From: Thermoplasmata archaeon
GTDB taxonomy: Archaea; Thermoplasmatota; Thermoplasmata; RBG-16-68-12
DNA length: 64,000 bases
NCBI GenBank assembly: GCA_035636595.1
Contig: DASPYU010000009.1
Location: forward strand, 31,705-95,704
Direction of reading: 5' to 3'
Part shown: piece after piece, positions 19,392-28,935 of the stretch
How the letters are laid out: every line of letters begins with the position of its first letter
Numbering within the stretch: the stretch's first letter is position 1
Notes under the pieces: model-generated
Databases searched by the model: none
What the model was told of the DNA's origin: nothing
What the model saw: the letters and a program-made list of their open reading frames with translations, nothing else
Translations under genes and position numbers: made by a program

Positions 19392-20229
19392 GACCCACGA
19401 GGCCCGGGCCCGCGAGGCCGAGACGGGCGTGATGTACTTCGCGATCGCGGCGTCGATCGTCGCGATCCTGGGCCTGAATTTCCTCTCCGCGTCCGCGTTG
19501 CAGGTCGCGCAGATCCTCGGGGCGATCGCCCTCATTTGGCTCCTCGCCGCCGTCTATTTCCTCTACCGCGCGGAGACGCTTGCGACGCCGGAGGAGAAGC
19601 TCCTCTCGGAACGAGTCATCCTGGGATTCGCGATGGCCGCTGCGGTCATCGCGACGGCCGCCGTCTCGTTCCCCGGGTTCGAGAACCAGGCCCTCGCCCA
19701 AGGGTTCGAGGCGATCGCGCTCGTCTGGCTCATCGGCGCGTCGTTCTTCCTGTACCGCTCGATCGGCGCGCTCGCCGTCGCGCTCGCGACCCGCCTGAAG
19801 TACCAAGTGAAAGGCGACCTTGTGTACATCGACTCGACCGCCGAGAAGCCGAAGCTCTTCGTGTCGAAGCGGCACGGCCTGTCCGGCCGGCCCGACGCGG
19901 TCGTGATGGACGGGGACCAGCACATCCCCGTGGAGATCAAGACCGGACGCGTGCCGCGCGGGCCGCTGTTCTCGCACATCCTGCAGGTCGTCGCGTACTG
20001 CTTCCTCCTCGAGGAGGAATACGGCAAGGCGCCTCCGTATGGGATCGTCCGCTACGGGGACACGAACTACGAGATCGAGTACAACGAGGATCAGAAGAAG
20101 CTCCTGATGCAGAAGCTCACGGAGATGCGCGCGGCGATCACGAAAGGCGAGGCGCACCGGAACCACAACCGGCCGGGAAAGTGCGTCCACTGCTCCCGCC
20201 GCAGCGGGTGCCCGGAGCGGCTGGCCTAA
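19231..20229 (+). CDS. Cas4-like (DUF83, RecB-family PD-(D/E)xK) nuclease with a four-TM-helix insertion
   Basis: GTG start. N-terminal ISAADLEKFGYCP (Cas4 N-terminal Cys), RecB motifs GRPDAVV and IPVEIK, QxxxY (LQVVAY), and C-terminal CVHCSRRSGC (C-x2-C-x5-C, Fe-S). An inserted ~130 aa (MYFAIAASIVAILGL.., ILGAIALIWLLAAVYFLY, VILGFAMAAAVIATAAV, FEAIALVWLIGASFFLY) predicts 4 TM helices. Confidence 0.7.
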   Translation: MPPSELISAADLEKFGYCPLSWWLSRGLAPEEGAELAEGEKKHEAASADLKGIETHEARAREAETGVMYFAIAASIVAILGLNFLSASALQVAQILGAIALIWLLAAVYFLYRAETLATPEEKLLSERVILGFAMAAAVIATAAVSFPGFENQALAQGFEAIALVWLIGASFFLYRSIGALAVALATRLKYQVKGDLVYIDSTAEKPKLFVSKRHGLSGRPDAVVMDGDQHIPVEIKTGRVPRGPLFSHILQVVAYCFLLEEEYGKAPPYGIVRYGDTNYEIEYNEDQKKLLMQKLTEMRAAITKGEAHRNHNRPGKCVHCSRRSGCPERLA

Positions 20230-20564
20230 GGCTCCTTCTTCTTGTCGCCGAGGACCACGCCGAGGCGCGCCGCGATCTGCTCGACCCGGTCCGTGAGCTC
20301 GCGGATCTCCTGGCGCATCCGCAGCATCTCCTGCTCGAACGGCGTGAAGCCTTGCGTCGAGAGGACGCGGTGCGACACGAACATCCCGAGGAAGACCGCG
20401 CCGACGATCGACAGCACGGAGATCAGCATGAGGGCGAAGACGAACGTCAGGAACGATCCGATGATGTTGCCCGGGGTGATGAAGCCCGTGACGACGCCGA
20501 TCTCGACCGCCACGAGGACCCCGACGACGAGGATCCAGAGGAGCGTCCAGCGGGAGATCCTCAC
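20226..20564 (-). CDS. Small membrane protein with a C-terminal coiled-coil tail
   Basis: GTG internal start of track ORF 20226..20786. Three TM helices, then EQEMLRMRQEIRELTDRVEQIAARL. Confidence 0.4.
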   Translation of the reverse strand: MRISRWTLLWILVVGVLVAVEIGVVTGFITPGNIIGSFLTFVFALMLISVLSIVGAVFLGMFVSHRVLSTQGFTPFEQEMLRMRQEIRELTDRVEQIAARLGVVLGDKKKEP

Positions 20565-21067
20565 GGCAGCGTCCCCCGACGCGGGATCGACCAGCGGAAG
20601 TCGTTCGGCGCGGTGACGGTGATCACCGTGTTCCGGTTGTCCGCCTCGTACGGGAACGTGAAGACCATGACGGTGCGGTTGTCCGAGTTCTTCTCCGCAT
20701 GGCCCGTGAGGTTGTATTCGAAGTAGTTCCCTTGCTGGTCGACGAAGTATGCGTGCAGGGAGAACGTCGCGTTCGACGGAATCCACGTGTGCTCCTCATA
20801 TGTGTCGAACCAGTCGTAGGCCTGGTTCGCGGCCGGCTCGGACCCGTTCGTCGTCAGGCGGATCTCATCGTACCGGTACGCCTGGACCGCCGCACCCAGG
20901 TTGATGATGAACGTCGAGTCGTTCGCGGACATCCCGACGATCAGGAGGGGCCAGGACGTGAGCTCCGTCGTCGGTCGCCCGAGGAGACTGGGCGTCGCGA
21001 GGATGAGCCCCACGAGCGCCACGATCGTCAGGGCCATCAGGCCCCGATTCCACACCGCGCGCTCCAC
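20561..21067 (-). CDS. Hypothetical secreted or anchored glycoprotein-like protein
   Basis: N-terminal signal/TM plus a domain with many NxS/T sequons (NDS, NGS, NAT, NLT, NRT). Its stop overlaps the downstream start by 4 nt, suggesting an operon. Confidence 0.45.
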   Translation of the reverse strand: MERAVWNRGLMALTIVALVGLILATPSLLGRPTTELTSWPLLIVGMSANDSTFIINLGAAVQAYRYDEIRLTTNGSEPAANQAYDWFDTYEEHTWIPSNATFSLHAYFVDQQGNYFEYNLTGHAEKNSDNRTVMVFTFPYEADNRNTVITVTAPNDFRWSIPRRGTLP

Positions 21068-21117
21068 GTTCGCTCAGAAAGAGGGGTCCGATAATAAACG
21101 TTCGGCGCGCACCGCCG

Positions 21118-21468
21118 TCACGCGGTCTCGGGCCCGAAATGCAGGAGGGAGGCGAAGCCGAACAGGCACGCGCTCACGACCGCCGCGAGGAAATTCGTCG
21201 AGGCGCCTTCGATCGTGCCGTAGGCGAGGTATCCGATGGCGGGAATCGCGAACGACGCGGCGCTGAACAAACCGCTCGAGAGCCAGAGGAACTTCCGGAT
21301 GCGGGCGGTGAAGGTGAGCTCGACTTCCTCTTCGCGCTCGACCGGGGCCGAACCGATGACGAACTTCCAGGTCTGGGCGAGGAGCTTCCAGATCCGGGCG
21401 AGGATGGAGGCGCCCGGGGTCTCGACCGGTGCCGGCGGAACCGAGACGGGTTCCGTGACCGTCGCCAT
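21118..21468 (-). CDS. Small hypothetical membrane protein
   Basis: 116 aa with two C-terminal hydrophobic helices. Confidence 0.4.
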   Translation of the reverse strand: MATVTEPVSVPPAPVETPGASILARIWKLLAQTWKFVIGSAPVEREEEVELTFTARIRKFLWLSSGLFSAASFAIPAIGYLAYGTIEGASTNFLAAVVSACLFGFASLLHFGPETA

Positions 21469-21681
21469 CCGCCGCGCGGACGTCCGGCGAGGACCATCTA
21501 CGTGCCGCGTCGATTATCGCGTCTGAGTCTCACCGGTCGAACGAACGGAGGGCGTCGATGGCCCGCTCAACACCAAAAGAAAATGGGTGGCGTTTGCGGC
21601 CACCCAGTTGGGGGGGAGGTAATCGTGACAGATCCCGACGGACCCGCTCACCCCTCTGGCGGCATCCCGTCCCTTCCAGCG

Positions 21682-21921
21682 TTATTTCTGCATGTACTCC
21701 CGCTTGAACGCCTCTGCCTCCGCGAGGGTGCGTTCCGCGTCCTGCATCTTCTTGAGCTTCTCCGTGACGAGTTCCACGCGGGCGTAGACGAAGTCGCGGA
21801 TCGCCGCGCGCACCGCCTCCGAGCGGCTCGGGAAGTCGTCGACCTGCACGAGGAAGTCGAGCGCTTTCAGATACCGCGCGGGGAGGCGCAGCGTGATCTT
21901 TTCCTTGTCCGCATCCCGCAT
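21682..21921 (-). CDS. Ribbon-helix-helix (CopG family) DNA-binding protein
   Basis: 79 aa with ITLRLPARYLKALDFLV..SRSEAVRAAIRDFV, the RHH pattern. Confidence 0.6.
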   Translation of the reverse strand: MRDADKEKITLRLPARYLKALDFLVQVDDFPSRSEAVRAAIRDFVYARVELVTEKLKKMQDAERTLAEAEAFKREYMQK

Positions 21922-22077
21922 TTCCGTCGCCCCACCGTGTATGTCAAACCGACCTCGTTTGACTGACGGTTGTCGGGCGGAAGGAGTCCACGCTATATAA
22001 TGATTCTGGGCGCGGAATCAAACGAAGCAACTGCGCTTCGTGTGGAACGCATCATCTCGTTCGTCGCCTCCTGGTGA

Positions 22078-23271
22078 TTGGTGCTCGGTGTGCGACCTGG
22101 AGCGAATCGTTTATCGGGGCTGCGCCGCTTCGTCGGGCTCGTGGTCCCGGCGCCCTCGGACATCTTCCTGCTCCCGGGTCCGGTCAAGATGGATCGCCGC
22201 GTGATCGAGGCGATGGCGGTCCCGGCGATGAACCATCGCGGGCCCGAGTTCAAGGAGGTCCTCGCGGAGATCCGGACGCTCACCCAATACGCATTCGGGA
22301 CGACCGGCCCCGTCGCGGTGCTCTCGGGGTCCGGCACCGCGGGCCTCGAGGCGCTCGTGACCGGCCTACTGCGCAAGCCGGACGCCGTCCTGAATCTCGT
22401 GAACGGGAAATTCAGCGAGCGGTTCCACGAGCTCTGCCAAGTCTTCTCGACGCCGACCGCGCTCCCGTTCGAGTGGGGGACCGCGGTCGATCCCGCGGCG
22501 GTTGCCGAGGCGATGGACGCCCGGCGATACAAGGCGGTCACGTTGTGTTGGAACGAGACGTCCACGGGCCTGACGAATCCCATCGCGGACATCGCGAAGG
22601 CCGTGAAGGAGCGGGGCGCGCTCTTCCTCGTTGACGGCATCACGGCCGTGGGCGGCCTCGAGAACCGCATGAGCGCGTGGGGCGTCGACGGACTGGTCGT
22701 CGGGTCGCAGAAGTGCCTCGCAGCCCCTGCGGGTCTCAGTGCGGTCGCCCTCTCGCCACGGGCCTACGAGTCGCTTCATGGCGACACGTCGTTCTACGCG
22801 AACCTCAAGGCGCACATCGACGCGCTGGAGAAAGAAGACACGCCATTCACTCCCGCCGTGCCGCTGTTCCTGGCGTACCGCGAGGCGCTTCGCGTCCTCC
22901 GGGAGGAAGGACTCGAGCATCGCATTGCGCGGACTCGGAAACTCGCCGCGGCGGCCCGGGCCGCGTTCGACGCGCTGGGCCTTGCCCTGTATCCGGACCG
23001 CCGGTTCGCGTCGGACACCGTGACCGCAATCCGGTATCCCGAGAGGATGGACGATTCCAAGTTCCGGAAGATCCTCCGCGAGAAGCATCGAACGATCGTC
23101 GCGGGCGGCCAGGCGCAGCTGAAGGGCAAGATCTTCCGGATCGGCCACATGGGCATCTGCTCGTTCGAGGACCTCCGAGCCGGCTTCGCCGCCATCGAGC
23201 AGACGCTCGCGGAACTGGGGCGGTCCGTCGAGACCGGGGCGGCCGTCGAGGCCATCGCGAGCCGCGCGTGA
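22078..23271 (+). CDS. Class V aminotransferase (AGXT/SGAT/PSAT family, PLP-dependent)
   Basis: LLPGPV..EAM N-terminal block and the PLP-lysine motif VVGSQKCL. The track start is TTG; a GTG at ~22141 giving MVPAPSDIFLLPGP is a plausible alternative. Confidence 0.8.
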   Translation: MVLGVRPGANRLSGLRRFVGLVVPAPSDIFLLPGPVKMDRRVIEAMAVPAMNHRGPEFKEVLAEIRTLTQYAFGTTGPVAVLSGSGTAGLEALVTGLLRKPDAVLNLVNGKFSERFHELCQVFSTPTALPFEWGTAVDPAAVAEAMDARRYKAVTLCWNETSTGLTNPIADIAKAVKERGALFLVDGITAVGGLENRMSAWGVDGLVVGSQKCLAAPAGLSAVALSPRAYESLHGDTSFYANLKAHIDALEKEDTPFTPAVPLFLAYREALRVLREEGLEHRIARTRKLAAAARAAFDALGLALYPDRRFASDTVTAIRYPERMDDSKFRKILREKHRTIVAGGQAQLKGKIFRIGHMGICSFEDLRAGFAAIEQTLAELGRSVETGAAVEAIASRA

Positions 23272-23277
23272 CGGCCG

Positions 23278-24258
<981 letters not shown>

Positions 24259-24290
24259 TCACCGCGGTAAGGGAACCCGGAGAAAAGGGT

Positions 24291-25352
24291 TTACGGCTTC
24301 TTTCGAAACCGCTGCGCCGCAAAGACGACAAGGGCTCCAGCAACGGCGCCACCGAACACGCCGAGGCCAATCCAAGTCCATGGAGTACTGGCCGAGGCCG
24401 CGGCGGCCACGGCAACGGAGAAGCGCGTTGTGGTCGCGTAGCCGCCGGAATCCGTCACGACGAGCGTGATGACATACGTCCCCGCGGACGCGTAGACGTG
24501 GGTTGGGCTCGACTCGGTGCTCGTGGTCCCGTCCCCGAAGTCCCACCGATACGTGTAGGGGGGCGATCCGCCGGAGACCGTCGACGAGAATTGAAGGGCC
24601 CCGGGTCCCACCGCGGTCACGGGCTCGACGATTGGCACGACACTGAGGTTCACGAGGGCACGCGACACGTTGACGAAGAGCACATTCGACAGCGTGTCCT
24701 GACGGTGGTCGACCCCGCCGCTGTCGTACACGATCAGCCACGCCGTGAAGTTGCCGCTCGTCAGGTAGATGTGCACCGGATTGGAATCGGGACTCTGCGC
24801 GCCGTCACCGAGGGTCCAATGGTATTCGTACGGCGGCGTCCCGCCCGTTACCTGACTCGAGAACGCCACCGTGAGGGGCAGTGTGCCGTCCATCGGCGTC
24901 GCGGCGATCGATGCCTCGAGCGTGGGAGGCGGCGGGGGAGGCGGGGTCGTGACCGTGATCGGGTACGATCGGTTGCTCGTCAGGCCCCCGGTGTCTCGCA
25001 CTTCGAGGAGGACCCAATACGTCGCGGGGGAATCGAACGTGTGCGTCGCGTTCTTCTCCGTGGACCACGGGGTGTCCCACGTGCCGTCGCCCTCCCAGTC
25101 CCAATGGACCTCGAGCGCGGTGACCGGGTCCTCCTGGTCGAAGACCTTCGCCCAGAAACTGAAGAGCGTCGTGGTGTTCCCGCCGCCGGGATAGTAGCTG
25201 TAGTTGGCATACGGCGGCGTGTTCGCGAGCGGCGATGGGGACGTACTTCGCTTCGGGAGGCGAGACGCGCTCGGGGAAGCGAACCCCGCCACGGCGATCG
25301 TCAGAAGGACCGCTAGCACGAGACCGATTCGGGCCGCGGGACGGCCGCCCAT
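24291..25352 (-). CDS. PKD-domain cell-surface protein with a C-terminal TM anchor
   Basis: Internal ATG (MGGRPAARIGLVLAVLL, signal peptide) of track ORF 24291..25967. Two PKD domains (YEYHWTLGDG, YTYRWDFGDG), a poly-Pro linker, and C-terminal TM plus RFRKKP. Confidence 0.7.
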   Translation of the reverse strand: MGGRPAARIGLVLAVLLTIAVAGFASPSASRLPKRSTSPSPLANTPPYANYSYYPGGGNTTTLFSFWAKVFDQEDPVTALEVHWDWEGDGTWDTPWSTEKNATHTFDSPATYWVLLEVRDTGGLTSNRSYPITVTTPPPPPPPTLEASIAATPMDGTLPLTVAFSSQVTGGTPPYEYHWTLGDGAQSPDSNPVHIYLTSGNFTAWLIVYDSGGVDHRQDTLSNVLFVNVSRALVNLSVVPIVEPVTAVGPGALQFSSTVSGGSPPYTYRWDFGDGTTSTESSPTHVYASAGTYVITLVVTDSGGYATTTRFSVAVAAAASASTPWTWIGLGVFGGAVAGALVVFAAQRFRKKP

Positions 25353-25445
25353 CGTTATCACCCTCCTCGGGCACCTAGGGCGGGACGGCGGAAAGCCTTT
25401 TCGCGAGGACAACAACGAAATCGGACCACCGCTTGTCTCGCTCCG

Positions 25446-26330
25446 ATGACGGCGGCCGACCGCGGGCCCCTCCTGTACGCCTATCGCCCGATCCCGGCGA
25501 ATCCGATGACGGTCGCGCTGCTGCTCCTCGTGCTCGTCGTGACGTTCCTCATCGGGCCGATCGCCGCAGGTCCGGAGGGGCTGTGGCCGCTCGGAGGATT
25601 CTGCTTCCTGCCCCTTGGCGTCCTCCTCGTCGCGATGACGGTGTACAAGCCGAGCCCCACTTTCGTATTCGAGGACGGAATCGAGATCTCGCTTCCGCTG
25701 TGGCGGCGGATCCTCGGCGAACGACGGTACTACGCCTGGTCGGAGATCCGCGACGTCTATCCGCGCAGCTACGAGGTCGCCGGCTCGTTCCTCTCGCCGT
25801 TCGCGTCGTCCGCAGGGACTCTCGTCCAGACGGGAATCGGACTGGAGACGACCGCCGGCCGCCCACTCCTGATCCGCTTCACGCCCGGCTCGATCCAGGC
25901 GTTCCGCGCCGAGACCCAAGGCTTCGTCGACGCGATGACCGTGATCCGGGATCGATTCGCGCGGCACGGCGCGCGGATGGTCACGACGGCGCGGGCGTTC
26001 AGCGACGCGGAGGTGCTCGCGATGCAGGCGCGTGCTCGGGAGCCGCTCGTCTCAATCGTCGGCGTGTTCCTCGCGTTCTTCCTTCCGCCATCGATCGTGG
26101 CGGCGATCTTGCTCGTCGCAACGGCGGTCCACGCCGAGCTCACGACGCCGCTCATCGGCATCGCTCTGGCCATCGCTCTCTTTCCCCCCGCCGCGTCGAT
26201 GGCGCGCACCCTCCGTCAGAGCGAGCGACGGAACGCGCTGCTCTCCGAACTCGCGAAGTACCAGGAACATCTCCGAGAGGATGCGGGGGCCACCTTCGCC
26301 GAATCCCGAGCCGGACAAAGTTACCCTTGA
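25446..26330 (+). CDS. Hypothetical membrane protein
   Basis: 294 aa with N- and C-terminal TM helix pairs flanking a soluble domain. No recognisable family. Confidence 0.45.
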   Translation: MTAADRGPLLYAYRPIPANPMTVALLLLVLVVTFLIGPIAAGPEGLWPLGGFCFLPLGVLLVAMTVYKPSPTFVFEDGIEISLPLWRRILGERRYYAWSEIRDVYPRSYEVAGSFLSPFASSAGTLVQTGIGLETTAGRPLLIRFTPGSIQAFRAETQGFVDAMTVIRDRFARHGARMVTTARAFSDAEVLAMQARAREPLVSIVGVFLAFFLPPSIVAAILLVATAVHAELTTPLIGIALAIALFPPAASMARTLRQSERRNALLSELAKYQEHLREDAGATFAESRAGQSYP

Positions 26331-26377
26331 ACAAGGGTAACCTGCGCGTCCCACCACGGAGCGGAGGCTGGTCTCCG

Positions 26378-27586
26378 CTAGGATTCAACCAGGCGTACCT
26401 TGTTAGGATTGCTGACGTCGTAGACGCGGCCCCGCCACCGGAGGATCCGCGGTCTTCGCGTCCGAATCAGTCCCCACGCCATGACCCACGGGACGGCTAG
26501 CGAGGCGATTGCGCTTCGCCACCCGGGAACCTTCCACGCCGCCGCGATCTCCGGGTTACCGGAGAAGAGGGCCGATCGACGGAGGATCGCCTTCGCGATC
26601 GCGAACGGCGGCGGCATGAGAAACAGGACCGCCGGGACGAGATAGATCGGACCGAGGGCGACCGAGAGCAGGAGCGACCCGATCCCGAACAGGACGGCGC
26701 CGTCCAAGACCGCGAACGACGCGACGGCGTAGCGGCGAACGATGGGCAGGTAGAGGGTCGCCATCGTCATTTGGCGCACGCACCACTCCAGGCACGTCTC
26801 GCGGGTCGCTCCCTCGAAGGTCCCAACGAGAGCCGCCGGCGCGTAGGCGATCTTGAGGCCGGCCTCGCGGACGGCTTGCGTCAACACGAGATCATCGCTG
26901 AGGACATTCTGCCACCGATCCGCCAAGTGCAAGGATCGAACCGCATCCCGACGCACCGCGCACGAACCTCCCCATGCGAACGCGCGCTTCGGGTCGAACA
27001 AGACGTTCGCGCTGACGGCGTTCCATTCCGCGCGGACGAGGGACCAGAACGTCGGCCGCGGCGGCAGATACCATCGGAACCCGGTCGCCACGCCGACGCT
27101 CGAGTCCGCGAGCGGCTGCACGAGCTGCCGCAACCAATCGTTCGTGGGTCGGATGTCGGAATCGGCGAATACGACGAGCTCGTCCTCGTCCGCCAAATGC
27201 GTGAGGGCCGATCGAAGCGCGTTCACTTTGCCTCGGAGCGGGCCCGCATCGGACACGCAGACATCGACGCGGATGCGCGGAAATTCGGCGGCGATTTCGC
27301 GCACGCGGACCGCGGCCGGATCGCCCGCCTCGTCCGCGACGACGAGCACCCGGAACCCGGGATACCGCTGCGACAGGATCGCGCATACGTTCTCATCGAA
27401 TCCCTCATCGAGGCCGCGAACCGGGAGGAGGATGACCGCTCGCGGGAGGAACGCACCGAAGCCCGAACGCATCGCGCGGCGCACGGCGGCCCGGAGCCGA
27501 ATCCCCAGGACGATGGACACGACGTTCGGAATCAGGGCCAGGAACGCGAGGACTGTCAGGGCGATCCACAGCGGATCCGAGGACAC
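26378..27586 (-). CDS. Family 2 glycosyltransferase (ceramide-glucosyltransferase/HpnI-like, membrane-bound)
   Basis: GTG internal start of track ORF 26378..28429 (the N-terminal 281 aa of the track ORF are R-rich artefact). N-terminal TM, GT2 DxD region (VVFADSDI), C-terminal TM helices. Confidence 0.7.
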   Translation of the reverse strand: MSSDPLWIALTVLAFLALIPNVVSIVLGIRLRAAVRRAMRSGFGAFLPRAVILLPVRGLDEGFDENVCAILSQRYPGFRVLVVADEAGDPAAVRVREIAAEFPRIRVDVCVSDAGPLRGKVNALRSALTHLADEDELVVFADSDIRPTNDWLRQLVQPLADSSVGVATGFRWYLPPRPTFWSLVRAEWNAVSANVLFDPKRAFAWGGSCAVRRDAVRSLHLADRWQNVLSDDLVLTQAVREAGLKIAYAPAALVGTFEGATRETCLEWCVRQMTMATLYLPIVRRYAVASFAVLDGAVLFGIGSLLLSVALGPIYLVPAVLFLMPPPFAIAKAILRRSALFSGNPEIAAAWKVPGWRSAIASLAVPWVMAWGLIRTRRPRILRWRGRVYDVSNPNKVRLVES

Positions 27587-27636
27587 GCGGGCCGAGGTAC
27601 GGGGGCACCGGTTAAAGCTTTGACCGCCCGACCGCC

Positions 27637-28146
27637 CTAGCGGGGGAGTTGGGCGACCGCGTGTCCGCAATACGGGCAATGGGCGAACTCGATCGACATG
27701 AGCATGCCGCACGAGGTGCAAGCCCGCTGCCGGATCGGCTCGCGCACGATCCCGGGCTCCGACGCCCCGACGACGATCGCGATCGCGCCGCCGGTGATGG
27801 AGAGCGCCATCCCGACGAGGAACCCGCCGAGGGAGAAGATGCTCAGGGCGCCGAACACCACGGTCACGATCCCCCACACGACCCCGAACCGCGGTTGCAC
27901 GAACCCCATCACGGCCCCGACGATTACGAGGATGCCGGAGACGATGCCCAGGAAGAGGCCGTACACGCCGAAGAGGAACGGGCCTCCGCCTACGCCATAA
28001 TAAGGCGAGAAGATGTACGGAATGTAGATCGCGATCACGGTCTCGATGAGAATCCCCCCAACCAGGCCGAAGACGAACGACACCGCTATACGGCTGTCCC
28101 GGATCATGGCACCCCTCGATCCGGCATCGGCGGTAGGGGATATCAT
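27637..28146 (-). CDS. Gly-rich polytopic membrane protein with a C-terminal CxxC..CxxC zinc ribbon
   Basis: Internal ATG of track ORF 27637..28350. Four TM helices, then RACTSCGMLMSIEFAHCPYCGH. Confidence 0.5.
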   Translation of the reverse strand: MISPTADAGSRGAMIRDSRIAVSFVFGLVGGILIETVIAIYIPYIFSPYYGVGGGPFLFGVYGLFLGIVSGILVIVGAVMGFVQPRFGVVWGIVTVVFGALSIFSLGGFLVGMALSITGGAIAIVVGASEPGIVREPIRQRACTSCGMLMSIEFAHCPYCGHAVAQLPR

Positions 28147-28172
28147 GGTTCGGGAATCGGTCGGGCCTAGCC

Positions 28173-28505
28173 TCACGCGCCGACCCACACATCGTCGCCT
28201 TCGACCCGCACCTCGAACGTCCGCAGCCGGGCCGCCGGGTTGATCGTGTTCGCGCCGGTGCGCACGTCGTACTCCCATCCGTGCATCGGGCACGTGACGA
28301 TCGGGCCGTCGAGCTCGCCCTCGCCGACGGGCCCGCCGCGATGGAGGCACACGTTCGAGACGGCGAAGAATCGGCCGTCGACGTTGAACAGGGCGACCGG
28401 ATGGCCTTGCACGACGACCACGCAGCCACGGCCCGGCGGGACGTCCGCCGTCCGCGCGACGCGCACGAACGAGACCATCGACCTCACGAGCGGCCTCTCC
28501 CCCAT
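28173..28505 (-). CDS. Rieske [2Fe-2S] domain protein (NirD/small ferredoxin-like)
   Basis: CLHRGG..x17..CPMHGWEY, the Rieske CxH..CxxH ligands. An alternative start is the ATG at 28478. Confidence 0.7.
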   Translation of the reverse strand: MGERPLVRSMVSFVRVARTADVPPGRGCVVVVQGHPVALFNVDGRFFAVSNVCLHRGGPVGEGELDGPIVTCPMHGWEYDVRTGANTINPAARLRTFEVRVEGDDVWVGA

Positions 28506-28559
28506 GAAGCTTGCGAACCTTTATGGCGCCCGCCCCGGATGGATGGGCGGGTCTTCCTC

Positions 28560-28835
28560 ATGACGCGCGAGGAGCACGCGAAGTTCATGGCGCAATGCAA
28601 GGAGTTCGTCCTCAACATGAACCGGCTCGAGCAGCGGATCGGCAAGCTCGACGAAGGCATGACGAAGGACGAGCAACGCGCCGCGTTCAAGGAGATCTTC
28701 GAGTGGCTCGGGACCACGACCGAGATCCCGCCGAATTCGTACACCCGCGAATGGGCCCGCGAGTTGCTCGCCGCGGTCGGCGCCATGGCCCAGTACGACA
28801 AGTACGAAGGATCGGCGGACGCCTACATCGCGTAG
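28560..28835 (+). CDS. Hypothetical small protein
   Basis: 91-aa real part (MTREEHAKFMAQCKEF..) of track ORF 28281..28835. No recognisable family. Confidence 0.35.
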   Translation: MTREEHAKFMAQCKEFVLNMNRLEQRIGKLDEGMTKDEQRAAFKEIFEWLGTTTEIPPNSYTREWARELLAAVGAMAQYDKYEGSADAYIA

Positions 28836-28935
28836 GTCACTCGGAATTCCGCTCAATTGGGCAGAAGGCGTGTCGAGTTCGGGTCGACGCGATCCCTTGG
28901 AACGTACGAGGCGAAACCTTATTCTCGCCACGGAC

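Noticed and set aside
24498-25316. Plus-strand ORFs (272 aa and others) opposite the PKD surface protein, and similar antisense ORFs opposite most genes
   Set aside because: The same reasoning applies as for the other antisense ORFs: all are R/G/P-rich and lie opposite well-supported genes.
25353-25967. N-terminal 205 aa of track ORF 24291..25967 and the similar R/D/H-rich extension of 26378..28429
   Set aside because: These are charged low-complexity stretches with no homology. Clear signal-peptide/TM starts occur at internal Met/Val codons (25352 and 27586).
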